DNA from: an uncultured Deferribacteres bacterium
GTDB taxonomy: Bacteria > Zhuqueibacterota > Zhuqueibacteria > Zhuqueibacterales > Geothermadaptataceae
Reading direction: 5' to 3'
Length of the DNA: 48,219 nt
Assembly: GCA_964014485.1 (NCBI GenBank)
Contig: CAXHAT010000037.1
Span: 1 to 48,219 of the forward strand
Of this stretch, positions 27,074 through 35,212 are shown piece after piece (the stretch's first letter is position 1; every line of letters begins with the position of its first letter). The notes beneath the pieces were generated by a model. That model was not told where the DNA came from. It saw only the letters and a program-made list of their open reading frames with translations, and searched no databases. The position numbers were made by a program, and so were the translations under genes.

Positions 27074-27138
27074 CGCCAAATCATCTTTCTGAAAAGGCTG
27101 AGCGTCTTCGATTTATTCGCTCACGTCTCTCAAAAACA

Positions 27139-27176
27139 AAAGCCCTTTAAGGATTGCGACAACCTTAAAGGGCTTT
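27139..27176 (-). terminator. Intrinsic terminator of the desaturase gene
   Basis: 14-bp stem AAAGCCCTTTAAGG/CCTTAAAGGGCTTT with a T-rich tail on the minus strand, about 20 bp after the stop. Confidence 0.75.
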
Positions 27177-27195
27177 GAAGTAAGCAGAGGTTTTC

Positions 27196-28275
27196 TTACG
27201 AGAAAGCCAACTCTCCACGTCCAAGCTGTTTCAAAAACCGGACGTGTGCGCCAACCGCCGCTCGGACGCTTGGGTAAGACAGGTATGAAATGCCGAAATC
27301 CTTACAAGTTTGCTCCACGATCTTGCTGATTTCCGGGTAATGCACGTGGCAGATTCTCGGAAAGAGATGATGCTCGATTTGAAAATTCAGTCCCCCCAGC
27401 ATCCATGTAGCCAGCTTGTTTCTCCGTGCAAAGTTTGCCGTCGTCTCCACTTCATGTATCGCCCATTCATTCTCTATTTGTCCGGATGACGGGTCGGGCG
27501 AAGGGAAAGAATTGCCTTCAACCGTATGCGCTAGTTGGAACACGATTGAAGTAATGAAGCCAAGCAAGAGATGTGTGGCAATAAAAAATATGATCACCAG
27601 CCAGATCGGGTGGAAGAACATTGGCAGTATGAGAGTATAAAAGTAGTAAAGTGACTTGCTTACAAAGAAAATCGATGCATTTTTAAGAGTCGGCTTCGGC
27701 AATTTATATTCGCCGATTCGTCCTGAAACCAATTTGTAAAGATCGCCAAACGTCACCCAAATAATCGTCAAGAGACTGTAGGCGGGAAATGCATAGATAT
27801 GTTGAAAACGGTGCCAGGAGTGACGTTTTTGCACCGGACTTAAACGCATGAGTCCGCCGAGGTGAATATCGTCGTCAAGCTCATCGATATTTGTGTAGGT
27901 GTGGTGCAGAATGTTGTGTTTATGGCGCCAGAGCCAGTTGCTTGCGCCGACCAATTCCAGGGTATAGCTGAGAACGCCGTTTATTTTTTTGTTTTTTGAA
28001 TAGCTGCCGTGATTTGCGTCGTGCATGATGTTAAAACCTACCAGTGCAGAGCTCACAGCAAATGTAATTGCAGCGATAATCGCTAAGAAAAGATTTATTT
28101 CAAAGAATACTAGAGAGACGTATGAAGTTATGAGAACAGCCATGATTACAGCCGTTTTTACGAACATTCGCCAATCGCCGTTTTGTGAAATGTTGTTTTT
28201 TTCGAAATAGCGATTGACGCGTTTTTTAAGCTCCTTTTGAAAGCCCGCTCGCCCTGGGAAACTGATTTTTTGCAT
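27196..28275 (-). CDS. Membrane fatty-acid (acyl-CoA/acyl-lipid) desaturase
   Basis: His boxes HDANH, HNILHH and QIEHH; transmembrane segments. Confidence 0.92.
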   Translation of the reverse strand: MQKISFPGRAGFQKELKKRVNRYFEKNNISQNGDWRMFVKTAVIMAVLITSYVSLVFFEINLFLAIIAAITFAVSSALVGFNIMHDANHGSYSKNKKINGVLSYTLELVGASNWLWRHKHNILHHTYTNIDELDDDIHLGGLMRLSPVQKRHSWHRFQHIYAFPAYSLLTIIWVTFGDLYKLVSGRIGEYKLPKPTLKNASIFFVSKSLYYFYTLILPMFFHPIWLVIIFFIATHLLLGFITSIVFQLAHTVEGNSFPSPDPSSGQIENEWAIHEVETTANFARRNKLATWMLGGLNFQIEHHLFPRICHVHYPEISKIVEQTCKDFGISYLSYPSVRAAVGAHVRFLKQLGRGELAFS

Positions 28276-28703
28276 TCGAAGACATCCGTTCGGTTAAAAT
28301 CCAAAGTTTTGTTCAAATAAAACCCCATGAGTCAATGTGCTATTACGCAATTTCAAAATGTAGTTGCGTGATAACAAAATTGCGTGTTCTAACGGCTCTG
28401 ATCCTGTTTCTCGCCTTTCTCCCGCACGAAAGGTAAGGTTCATTGAAAGACCGGGTTTGTGGTCACAGGAGATAAGATGATATAAAAGACGCTTTTGGCT
28501 TAAACGTCGGGAAGTATCATTAGAAAAATAGGGTTGGTTTGGAAAAGATCAGGTTTTCATTGGCGCCGGAAAAGCTAAAAACGGTTCGCGCCGCGCGACA
28601 AAAAATCAATATATAGAGTTTTGTGGCGGTGTGGCAACATTGGCGGGACGAGTTGTAAAGTTATGCAAAAACTTTAACTTTCTAATGACGCCATTTGGGA
28701 GAA

Positions 28704-29999
28704 TTATACGTGTATTCCGCGGTTGACGGCGCTGTATAGCGGAACAGTAAAGACGCCGTCGTTGATTAGATAGACCAATTCCGGGCGCGCTTCTTGGGGC
28801 AGCCCCTTGTCCAAAGCTTCTTGCAGTGAGGTATAATGCTGAATCTCTTCGAGATGACCAAGGGGCTCCGGCAATTGAGAAACGCAAAAGATATGATTCC
28901 GCCGGGAATACTCTGCAAGAAGAGTGCGCATTAATTTTTCTTCAATGCCAGAGAGTTGGTTGGGGGATTCATTCAGAAATGAGCCGTTTGAAGAAGTTGA
29001 ATTTCGGAATCCGTTATACCCAAAACCTTGCTGGCAAGCCGCAGATAAAAAGACGGCCCCGCCAGGTCGCGTGGATCGAAGTGCCCGTAAAAGAGCGGGA
29101 ACGGCGTCAATAAACCGGTTGTCGTGCGGCGCGCCGCCGGGCGAAACGATCGTTGCGTCGGCTTGACGTTCGATATCAACGACGGAGAGAGAATCGACGA
29201 TTTCCAAGCCTGCGGCAAAAGCCTGGAAAGGGTGACCTGAAAATGCGGAAACGAGTCCGTTGTTGTGATTAAACACAACATAAAATCCAAATCGTGCTGA
29301 AATGAATCTTAGCGATTCACGGATGCTTTCTTGAATAGGATTGCCTTCCGTCGAACAGTCGGTGCAGCGTTTATGCACCTTTCCCTTTGCGTCTAGCGCC
29401 TGATCATAGAGCCTGGCAATGGTAACTTCGCCTGCGCAGTCAGGAACTATAACTGACGGCCCGCCGCTATATCCTAAAAGGGGATGCGGCGCAATTGGAC
29501 TGCATAAAATAATTTCATCCGCATCCAAAATATGCTTGTTCAGGAAAATCGGCGTTCCGGAATGTGTTTCTCCGACAAACTCTAGTTGAGCTTGGTCCGT
29601 TGCATCATGCTGGAAAATTTGATAGCGTTCGAATATCTCTTCCCCAAAGAATTGAATAATCTGCGAACGATTGAGCGGAACTCTGCGGCGCCCCGCCAGC
29701 AAAATTTTTACTTCTTTGTCTAAAACATGCGCTTGACGCAGGGAAGCGAGCAGAGCATTTAATGCAGCAACGGCTTGGCCGCGCCAATTGTTTTGAGGAA
29801 GGACAATTAGGAGATTTCGAGCGCGCCGAAAGAGACGGCGGGCGGGGTATGAACCAACGGATCTATCAAGCGAACGGGACAGCAAATCGGCGGAACACTG
29901 CAACGAAGTGACGCGGCGAGGCTTCAATTCCACCAATGGCGCTTTCAGCCGCAGCTTCGCCTGCGTGTAAGAATCTCCATATTTTAACTTCAGTACCAT
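28704..29999 (-). CDS. LarA (lactate racemase/DUF2088)-like protein with degenerate active site
   Basis: LKYG N-terminus, GETxxGTP...N, PHxxxGYSGG, GNP, SPGGAPHD, RPGG...AAC.QGFG follow the LarA layout, but several catalytic residues are missing. Confidence 0.75.
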   Translation of the reverse strand: MVLKLKYGDSYTQAKLRLKAPLVELKPRRVTSLQCSADLLSRSLDRSVGSYPARRLFRRARNLLIVLPQNNWRGQAVAALNALLASLRQAHVLDKEVKILLAGRRRVPLNRSQIIQFFGEEIFERYQIFQHDATDQAQLEFVGETHSGTPIFLNKHILDADEIILCSPIAPHPLLGYSGGPSVIVPDCAGEVTIARLYDQALDAKGKVHKRCTDCSTEGNPIQESIRESLRFISARFGFYVVFNHNNGLVSAFSGHPFQAFAAGLEIVDSLSVVDIERQADATIVSPGGAPHDNRFIDAVPALLRALRSTRPGGAVFLSAACQQGFGYNGFRNSTSSNGSFLNESPNQLSGIEEKLMRTLLAEYSRRNHIFCVSQLPEPLGHLEEIQHYTSLQEALDKGLPQEARPELVYLINDGVFTVPLYSAVNRGIHV

Positions 30000-30155
30000 G
30001 CGTAATCCGACGACATTCTTTGCGCTTCATAGAGAATGGCTCAAAAAAGATGAGAGTGCTGCAATGCTCTCCTGTCAATGGCAAATTCTTTCTAAAAATT
30101 GATTTGAGCCACATTTTGAAAATGCGATTGAGTCATTCATTCTTCTGTCCGTTTC

Positions 30156-30184
30156 AAAGTAGACCTTACTTGCAAAAATGTCAA
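30156..30184 (-). promoter_or_regulatory. Putative sigma70 promoter for the LarA-like gene
   Basis: Minus strand reads TTGACA-17 nt-TACTTT. Confidence 0.5.
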
Positions 30185-30318
30185 TGCTTTTTGCCGAAGC
30201 GCAGTATTGATACAATGTCTCAACTTCGAACAGAGCGTTCACGTCTTTGCGCCCCCAAATGCGTGCCGCCGAAGCGATTTTTGAAGGTGACGAGTCGTTA
30301 AAAAATCGCTCGCTAACG

Positions 30319-30334
30319 TGGCATGAAGTTGGCT
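30319..30334 (+). promoter_or_regulatory. Putative sigma54 (-24/-12) promoter
   Basis: TGGCATGAAGTTGGCT has exact GG-N10-GC spacing and is close to the TGGCACGNNNNTTGC consensus. Confidence 0.55.
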
Positions 30335-30344
30335 AAAGTACTCG

Positions 30345-30686
30345 CAGCTTTTCGTTCTTTTCTCAGACGCCAGAAAAAGTCGGTCGCGCTTAACGCAACA
30401 TGCCAGGGAAGGGCAGACGCAGCAACTCAGAATTTGTCATGGATTGACGGGCGCGCATCTTTGAACTGCTTCACGAACTTACCGACTTTTGGAGTAGGAC
30501 TCATCACCTCGCACTGCAACTTTGCTCCCTGGTGGACAGGGACGCCGCCGGAAATATGGAGTCTGATTGCTAACGCGTGTATGGGAACACGAAAAGAAGG
30601 AATTGCTAAAATTACCTCCTCCTCGTTTTGGGTATACCTTAAAATCTAAAAGGGACATGGCTCTCCGCCATGTCCCTTTTTGTTTT
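30345..30686 (+). ncRNA. Candidate Csr/Rsm-type (CsrA-sequestering) small RNA, about 340 nt
   Basis: 11 GGA motifs, five in loops of short hairpins (30401-15, 30436-48, 30492-502, 30526-42, 30576-91); long-range 10-bp stem 30375-84/30481-90; bounded by a promoter-like motif and a terminator. The 5' end is estimated. Confidence 0.6.
30648..30686 (+). terminator. Intrinsic terminator
   Basis: AAAAGGGACATGGC-TCTCC-GCCATGTCCCTTTT followed by TGTTTT. Confidence 0.85.
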
Positions 30687-30701
30687 CCGGTCGCCTTTCA
30701 C

Positions 30702-30729
30702 TTGCCATTTGACCTTTCCCGCATATAAT
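30702..30729 (+). promoter_or_regulatory. Putative sigma70 promoter for the DapA-family gene
   Basis: TTGCCA-16 nt-TATAAT just after the terminator. Confidence 0.5.
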
Positions 30730-30779
30730 AGCCGTCACGAAATTCATACATAGCGACAAGCATATTTTTGGAGATGTGA

Positions 30780-31679
30780 ATGATGGGTGAGAAATTGCGA
30801 GGCGTATTTCCAGCGGTGACTACGAAATTTACTGAAGATGACAAGCTGGATTTCAAGGAAATGGAGCGGCATTTTAATTTTCAGCTCGAAGCCGGCGTAC
30901 ACGGCCTGGTCGTGACAGGCTCGCTTGGCGAAAACGGTTCGTTGAGCGCGGCAGAAAAAATAGATGTTTTGAAAATAGCGGTTGAAGTCAGCAACGGCAA
31001 AGTTCCCGTCTTGGCTGGCGTGGCTGAAAACACGACTTCTGACATGTGCAAGACCTTGGAAGAGAGCCGCAAACAAGGGGCGGACGGTTTCATGCTCTTG
31101 CCGCCTATGCGCTACGTCTCAGACAGACGTGAAACGATCCAATACCTGCGCACTGGCGCTGCCGCGACTGACGCGCCAATAATGATCTACAACAATCCCG
31201 TCGCCTATGGCGTGGACGTTACCCCGGAAATGTTTGTTGAGTTGGCTGACGAGCCAAAATTTATCGCCATGAAAGAATCTTCCGACGACGTTCGGCGCAT
31301 AACGGATATTTACAATGCCTGCGGCGATCGCTACCAGGTCTTTACCGGAGTGGATAACATTGCATTGGAGAGCATTTTTCTCGGCGCCGTTGGCTGGATT
31401 GCCGGTTTGGTTTGCGCTTTTCCGCGAGAGACGGTTGTTTTATATGATTTGGCTGTGGCGGGAAAAATTGAAGAAGCCAGAAAGCTCTATCGCTGGTTCA
31501 AGCCTCTGCTGGATTTGGACGTTTCGACCAAGCTCGTACAAAATATCAAACTTGCTGAAGCGATGGCGGGCGTGGGCAATGAGCGGGTGCGTTTGCCAAA
31601 ACTCCCACTCGCTGGAGCGGAACGAGAACGTGCCGCACGCACTATTCAAAAAGCACTGAATGAACGACCGGCTTTGTAA
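30780..31679 (+). CDS. DapA/NAL-family protein, resembles 1-pyrroline-4-hydroxy-2-carboxylate deaminase
   Basis: GVFPAVTT, GSLGE, MIYNNP (Tyr), MKESS (Schiff-base Lys), GVD, GWIAGLVCAFPRE, LYRWF.PLL.LD...KLVQ.IKLA. Confidence 0.85.
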   Translation: MMGEKLRGVFPAVTTKFTEDDKLDFKEMERHFNFQLEAGVHGLVVTGSLGENGSLSAAEKIDVLKIAVEVSNGKVPVLAGVAENTTSDMCKTLEESRKQGADGFMLLPPMRYVSDRRETIQYLRTGAAATDAPIMIYNNPVAYGVDVTPEMFVELADEPKFIAMKESSDDVRRITDIYNACGDRYQVFTGVDNIALESIFLGAVGWIAGLVCAFPRETVVLYDLAVAGKIEEARKLYRWFKPLLDLDVSTKLVQNIKLAEAMAGVGNERVRLPKLPLAGAERERAARTIQKALNERPAL

Positions 31680-31717
31680 TCCGGCCGATGTTTTTCAAAA
31701 AATTGGTGGGGGATCGA

Positions 31718-31925
31718 TTAAAGGATTTTTACAAGTGCTGCGATTGCCCCAACAGCAACGACCATCATCGCTCCAAGTCGCTATTCAAGCTCTTTGAGCT
31801 TTTCGTCGAGGCGTTGTCGCGTAACTAATTGTCTGCCCACTAATTCAGCCACGATCTGCGTCTGCACTTCAGCTTGGTTCTCTTGTTAAGCCAAAGGCTT
31901 TGAGTCTCTTTACATGCGTTAGCGC
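31718..31925 (-). pseudogene. DUF1640/CCDC90-like gene remnant
   Basis: Manual translation: THVKRLKAFGLT [frameshift] ENQAEVQTQIVAELVGRQLVTRQRLDEKLKELE*RLGAMMVVAVGAIAALVKIL*. No start codon seen. Confidence 0.75.
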
Positions 31926-32070
31926 TTGGTTTTACACGGAAATTCAACTCTGAATTTACTGTACGCGTGTAAAAGTCAACGTGATAATTTAGTCTGCCGT
32001 GCTTTTTTACCAAAGTTTATCCTTATCGCACTGGATTCAATGGCCTATAGAATCTACGGCAAGTCATGGT

Positions 32071-32502
32071 TCACTGCTTCTGGTTTGCCGACTTGCCAGC
32101 TTTTTGATCCTCTTCAATTATTTTCATACTCTCAGTCCAGTCGGCATAGACCTGCCATAACTTTATTTTATCATTTTCTACTATCGCCTTCCAGGCGGCT
32201 GTCCATCTAACCCGATTTTCCGGAATCAGCCCACGATTGCCATTGTATGTTCCGCAGGCCGTTCCAAGTGCAACGACCAAATTGCCATCTTGAAGTATGT
32301 TTTCAAAGTTGTTTTTATAATCGGGGAACATACGAAAAAAATCTTCCCATCCTTCAGTCATTTCCTTGACTCCTGTATGAGCAGTACCGCTAACGTCTAT
32401 AAATGTATGATCTTCAGCCATCAAACTCGATAACAACTCAATATTACCTTCATTTATAGCATTGTTAAAAGATAGCACTATTTTAATTTCTTTCGTCTCC
32501 AT
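32071..32502 (-). CDS. SnoaL/NTF2-like protein
   Basis: GAGG SD before METKE; F..AIN.G....L..LMAEDHTFID..G, W..FF..FPDY, I..WQVYAD; AT-rich. Confidence 0.8.
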   Translation of the reverse strand: METKEIKIVLSFNNAINEGNIELLSSLMAEDHTFIDVSGTAHTGVKEMTEGWEDFFRMFPDYKNNFENILQDGNLVVALGTACGTYNGNRGLIPENRVRWTAAWKAIVENDKIKLWQVYADWTESMKIIEEDQKAGKSANQKQ

Positions 32503-32684
32503 TTTTCCTCGCTTATTCACGACTAACATTTTCTCAATATATCAAAAGCATCGCATTGACTATTTTAGCGCCCGCCTCAAAGCTTACGGAGCAACCCGCT
32601 TTTTGAATTAAATCAAAATGCCTAAATTCAAAAGATGCGGAAAGCGAACTCGGTTATGGAAGAGATAAAAGAGTTTTCCTTATT

Positions 32685-34910
32685 CTAAAACGCAAAAAGC
32701 TTGGTCGCTTTGAGCGTCAAAATGCGATTCAAAACCGCGCTTGCGCCAGGGAGAGCGTCCAAATCTCTCTCTTCTTGATAAACCAGAAAAATATCGCTCA
32801 GTGGCGCGTGGATGAGGTTGAAGCGCATGTTACTTACCATTTTTTCCTCGATTTGATTGTATTGCACAAACGCGCTCAAAAAGGTGCGTGTATTATGGCC
32901 GTAACGCAATCTTGCTCCAAACAAATTCGCTTCAAATGATTCGCCGCCAAGATTCAGGCGATTTCGCTCGAACGAGCCTGACAAGTACCAACGCACCGAA
33001 GGTCTGAGTGCAAAAGAGCTTGAAATCGAATTCCGCGTGCCGTCAAAAAAGTCGCCGAAACGTAAGGTGACCACCCCGGAAATCTTTTTTCCCCCGTCAG
33101 ATTGATAGCGCAATGCGCCGGAGTTAAACCGGTAATCGCCGGCAGGAACCTCAGCGCTTGCGATAGGGGTCGCCTCCGCCAGGTGCTCAAATCGCGAAGA
33201 AAATTCCAACGTCATTCGACTGCTATTGGTCAAAACGGTGGTGAAGCCGGGCGAGAATTCGCGGCTTTCCAATTTGCCGTCCAAATCTGTAAAATAATCG
33301 ATGTCGATGTAAGGATTGAGCTCAAAGACTTTTTTGATTTTGGGCTGCGGATGCGCACCGACGGTTAGGAATCCACGCCGCACGCCTTCACGACTGACAA
33401 ACCCGATTCCCGGGTCAAAATTTTCGCCGACGGTTTTCAAAAGAAAAGATGCGTTCCAAAGCGGATCGCGCCACGCCATTTGCAGTGACGCCGCTGATTG
33501 GCTCCCGCTTGTGTCGGAAGATTGAACGGTTGCCGCGTAAGCGTTGAGTAATAAATTCCGAAAAAGCCGAAGGTTGGCGTCGGCGCCAACAACCCGATTG
33601 TACTCGTCTGAGTTTTCCTGACGATTGGTAAACATCACGCCGATGTCCGAGCTTTTAAGCACGTTGCGCCGTAATCGGGTGACAAAGAAATTCTCTCCAG
33701 ACTCCACGTCTGAGTCGCGCGTTTGCATGGACAACAGCCCAAGGTCAAAGTCGCCGACGCGCCCTGTCAAACGCGCTCCCGCAGCGATTGGAATTGGCTC
33801 ACGGTCGCTTGAAAGCCCGATGCGCCGAGAGTGAAACAGTTTGAAATTTTGCGGCCCTGAGCCTGTGCGATAATTTCGCACACGAACATCGGAAAAATTG
33901 AACACGCCGTCATTTTCCAGAAAAAAATCCCGTCTTTCCGGGAAAAAAAGCGAAGCGCGAGTCAGGTTGATCTGTTGCTCATCCACCTCGACTTGGGAGA
34001 AATCCGTCAGGGCGGTCATGTCCAGGGTCAAGCGCGGCGTTACGCCCCATTTCACGTCGAAGCCGCCATCGAAATTGTTTTTGACAGCATTTTCTTCCAA
34101 AGATGCGCCTGTGTTTCGCGCCGTACTCAGGTAAGGCTTAATCCAAATATTTCGCCCCTGAACAAGATCGCGTAAGCCTGTGAGCGTGCCCGCCTGAGAC
34201 ATTTTATAAACTCGGAATTGTCGCGGCAGCGGGGCCCAGTTTGAGTCCTCGCTGCGACGGCGAATTCGGCGAGAAAAGTTGACTCCCCAAGTCTGCTCGC
34301 CGTCCTGTTCATTAAAGCGCAGTGTCGTGATTGGAATCGCCATTTCCACAATCCAGCCATGACCGCCTGTTGAAGTTTTGACCTCAACCACACCTTCCCA
34401 TGAGCGGTTGATGTACGCTTGGTCGTTAAACGCCTGGGCATCGAAAAGCGCGCCTGCCGGATTGATCGCAAAAAGAAAGGCGTTTTGACGATCCCAGTAT
34501 GTGTCAATTGCAACGGCGAAAATGTCTGAGTTCTGCGTTTGAAAATCCTGCTCCAGACCCGCCGAAACCAGCTTGTCGGGCTCGGAGTCGTAAAGCAAAG
34601 CGCCAACGTAGAGATTTTTGTTGTCGTAAATAATTCGAACCACGGTGCGCTCAGAAGAATGCACGCCTTGCCGGGGAATGACCTGCCAAAAAACGCCGTC
34701 AGTAGAATCGGCCGCCAACCAGGCGGCTTCGTCTAATTGGCCGTTGACGGAGATTTTGTCGGCTGTAAAGGAGGCGCGCAAGGTTGGTCTGGGCTCAGCA
34801 AGCGGATCAGCGACGGACGCTTCCTGGCTGTGTAAAACAAGCGGAGCCGGGAATAGTAAAAGTAAAAAACACCGTCTCAGAAAAGCGGAGAAGGGGGGAA
34901 GAGCATGCAT
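32685..34910 (-). CDS. CBM9-like/DUF5916 outer-membrane protein
   Basis: VNGQLDEAAW, YDNKNLYVG, WIVEMAIP..TLRF, WGVNF, DFSQVEVD..QINL..LFFPERRDFFLE, LFHSRRIG. Confidence 0.85.
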   Translation of the reverse strand: MHALPPFSAFLRRCFLLLLFPAPLVLHSQEASVADPLAEPRPTLRASFTADKISVNGQLDEAAWLAADSTDGVFWQVIPRQGVHSSERTVVRIIYDNKNLYVGALLYDSEPDKLVSAGLEQDFQTQNSDIFAVAIDTYWDRQNAFLFAINPAGALFDAQAFNDQAYINRSWEGVVEVKTSTGGHGWIVEMAIPITTLRFNEQDGEQTWGVNFSRRIRRRSEDSNWAPLPRQFRVYKMSQAGTLTGLRDLVQGRNIWIKPYLSTARNTGASLEENAVKNNFDGGFDVKWGVTPRLTLDMTALTDFSQVEVDEQQINLTRASLFFPERRDFFLENDGVFNFSDVRVRNYRTGSGPQNFKLFHSRRIGLSSDREPIPIAAGARLTGRVGDFDLGLLSMQTRDSDVESGENFFVTRLRRNVLKSSDIGVMFTNRQENSDEYNRVVGADANLRLFRNLLLNAYAATVQSSDTSGSQSAASLQMAWRDPLWNASFLLKTVGENFDPGIGFVSREGVRRGFLTVGAHPQPKIKKVFELNPYIDIDYFTDLDGKLESREFSPGFTTVLTNSSRMTLEFSSRFEHLAEATPIASAEVPAGDYRFNSGALRYQSDGGKKISGVVTLRFGDFFDGTRNSISSSFALRPSVRWYLSGSFERNRLNLGGESFEANLFGARLRYGHNTRTFLSAFVQYNQIEEKMVSNMRFNLIHAPLSDIFLVYQEERDLDALPGASAVLNRILTLKATKLFAF

Positions 34911-34940
34911 TTTAATACAAAAATCACTTCAGGTTCAAGA

Positions 34941-35201
34941 TTATGAGAGAGCCGTTTTACTGCTGTGTGATTTATTCTCTTGTTGCTGATTTGTGGGCGG
35001 CTCAACATGATACCACGTCATGTGCGGCGACCATTGATGGCAAGCATGACACTGCGTATCCGGCCAAATTTTGCCGCACGAGGGACATTTCCCCATAGTT
35101 TCAAAGGTATGCCAGGAATATCCGCAGCCGCCTCCGGAGAAGCACGTCCAAAGCGCATGAGGCGGCGGCTCCCATTTACATTTTGGGCAATAGATTTTCA
35201 T
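34941..35201 (-). CDS. Small Cys/Trp-rich putative zinc-binding protein
   Basis: CPKC, C-x5-C, CPSC, CHAC plus His; tightly packed between the SSS and DUF5916 genes. Confidence 0.8.
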   Translation of the reverse strand: MKIYCPKCKWEPPPHALWTCFSGGGCGYSWHTFETMGKCPSCGKIWPDTQCHACHQWSPHMTWYHVEPPTNQQQENKSHSSKTALS

Positions 35202-35212
35202 AGCGGCGAAAA

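Noticed and set aside
30323..30649. 108-aa ORF overlapping the candidate sRNA
   Set aside because: Its ATG lies inside the sigma54-like motif, it has no SD and no recognisable protein features, and RNA structure explains the region better.
30780..31679. Calling the gene dapA
   Set aside because: It has GSLGE rather than GTTGE and subgroup-specific C-terminal motifs, so no symbol was assigned.
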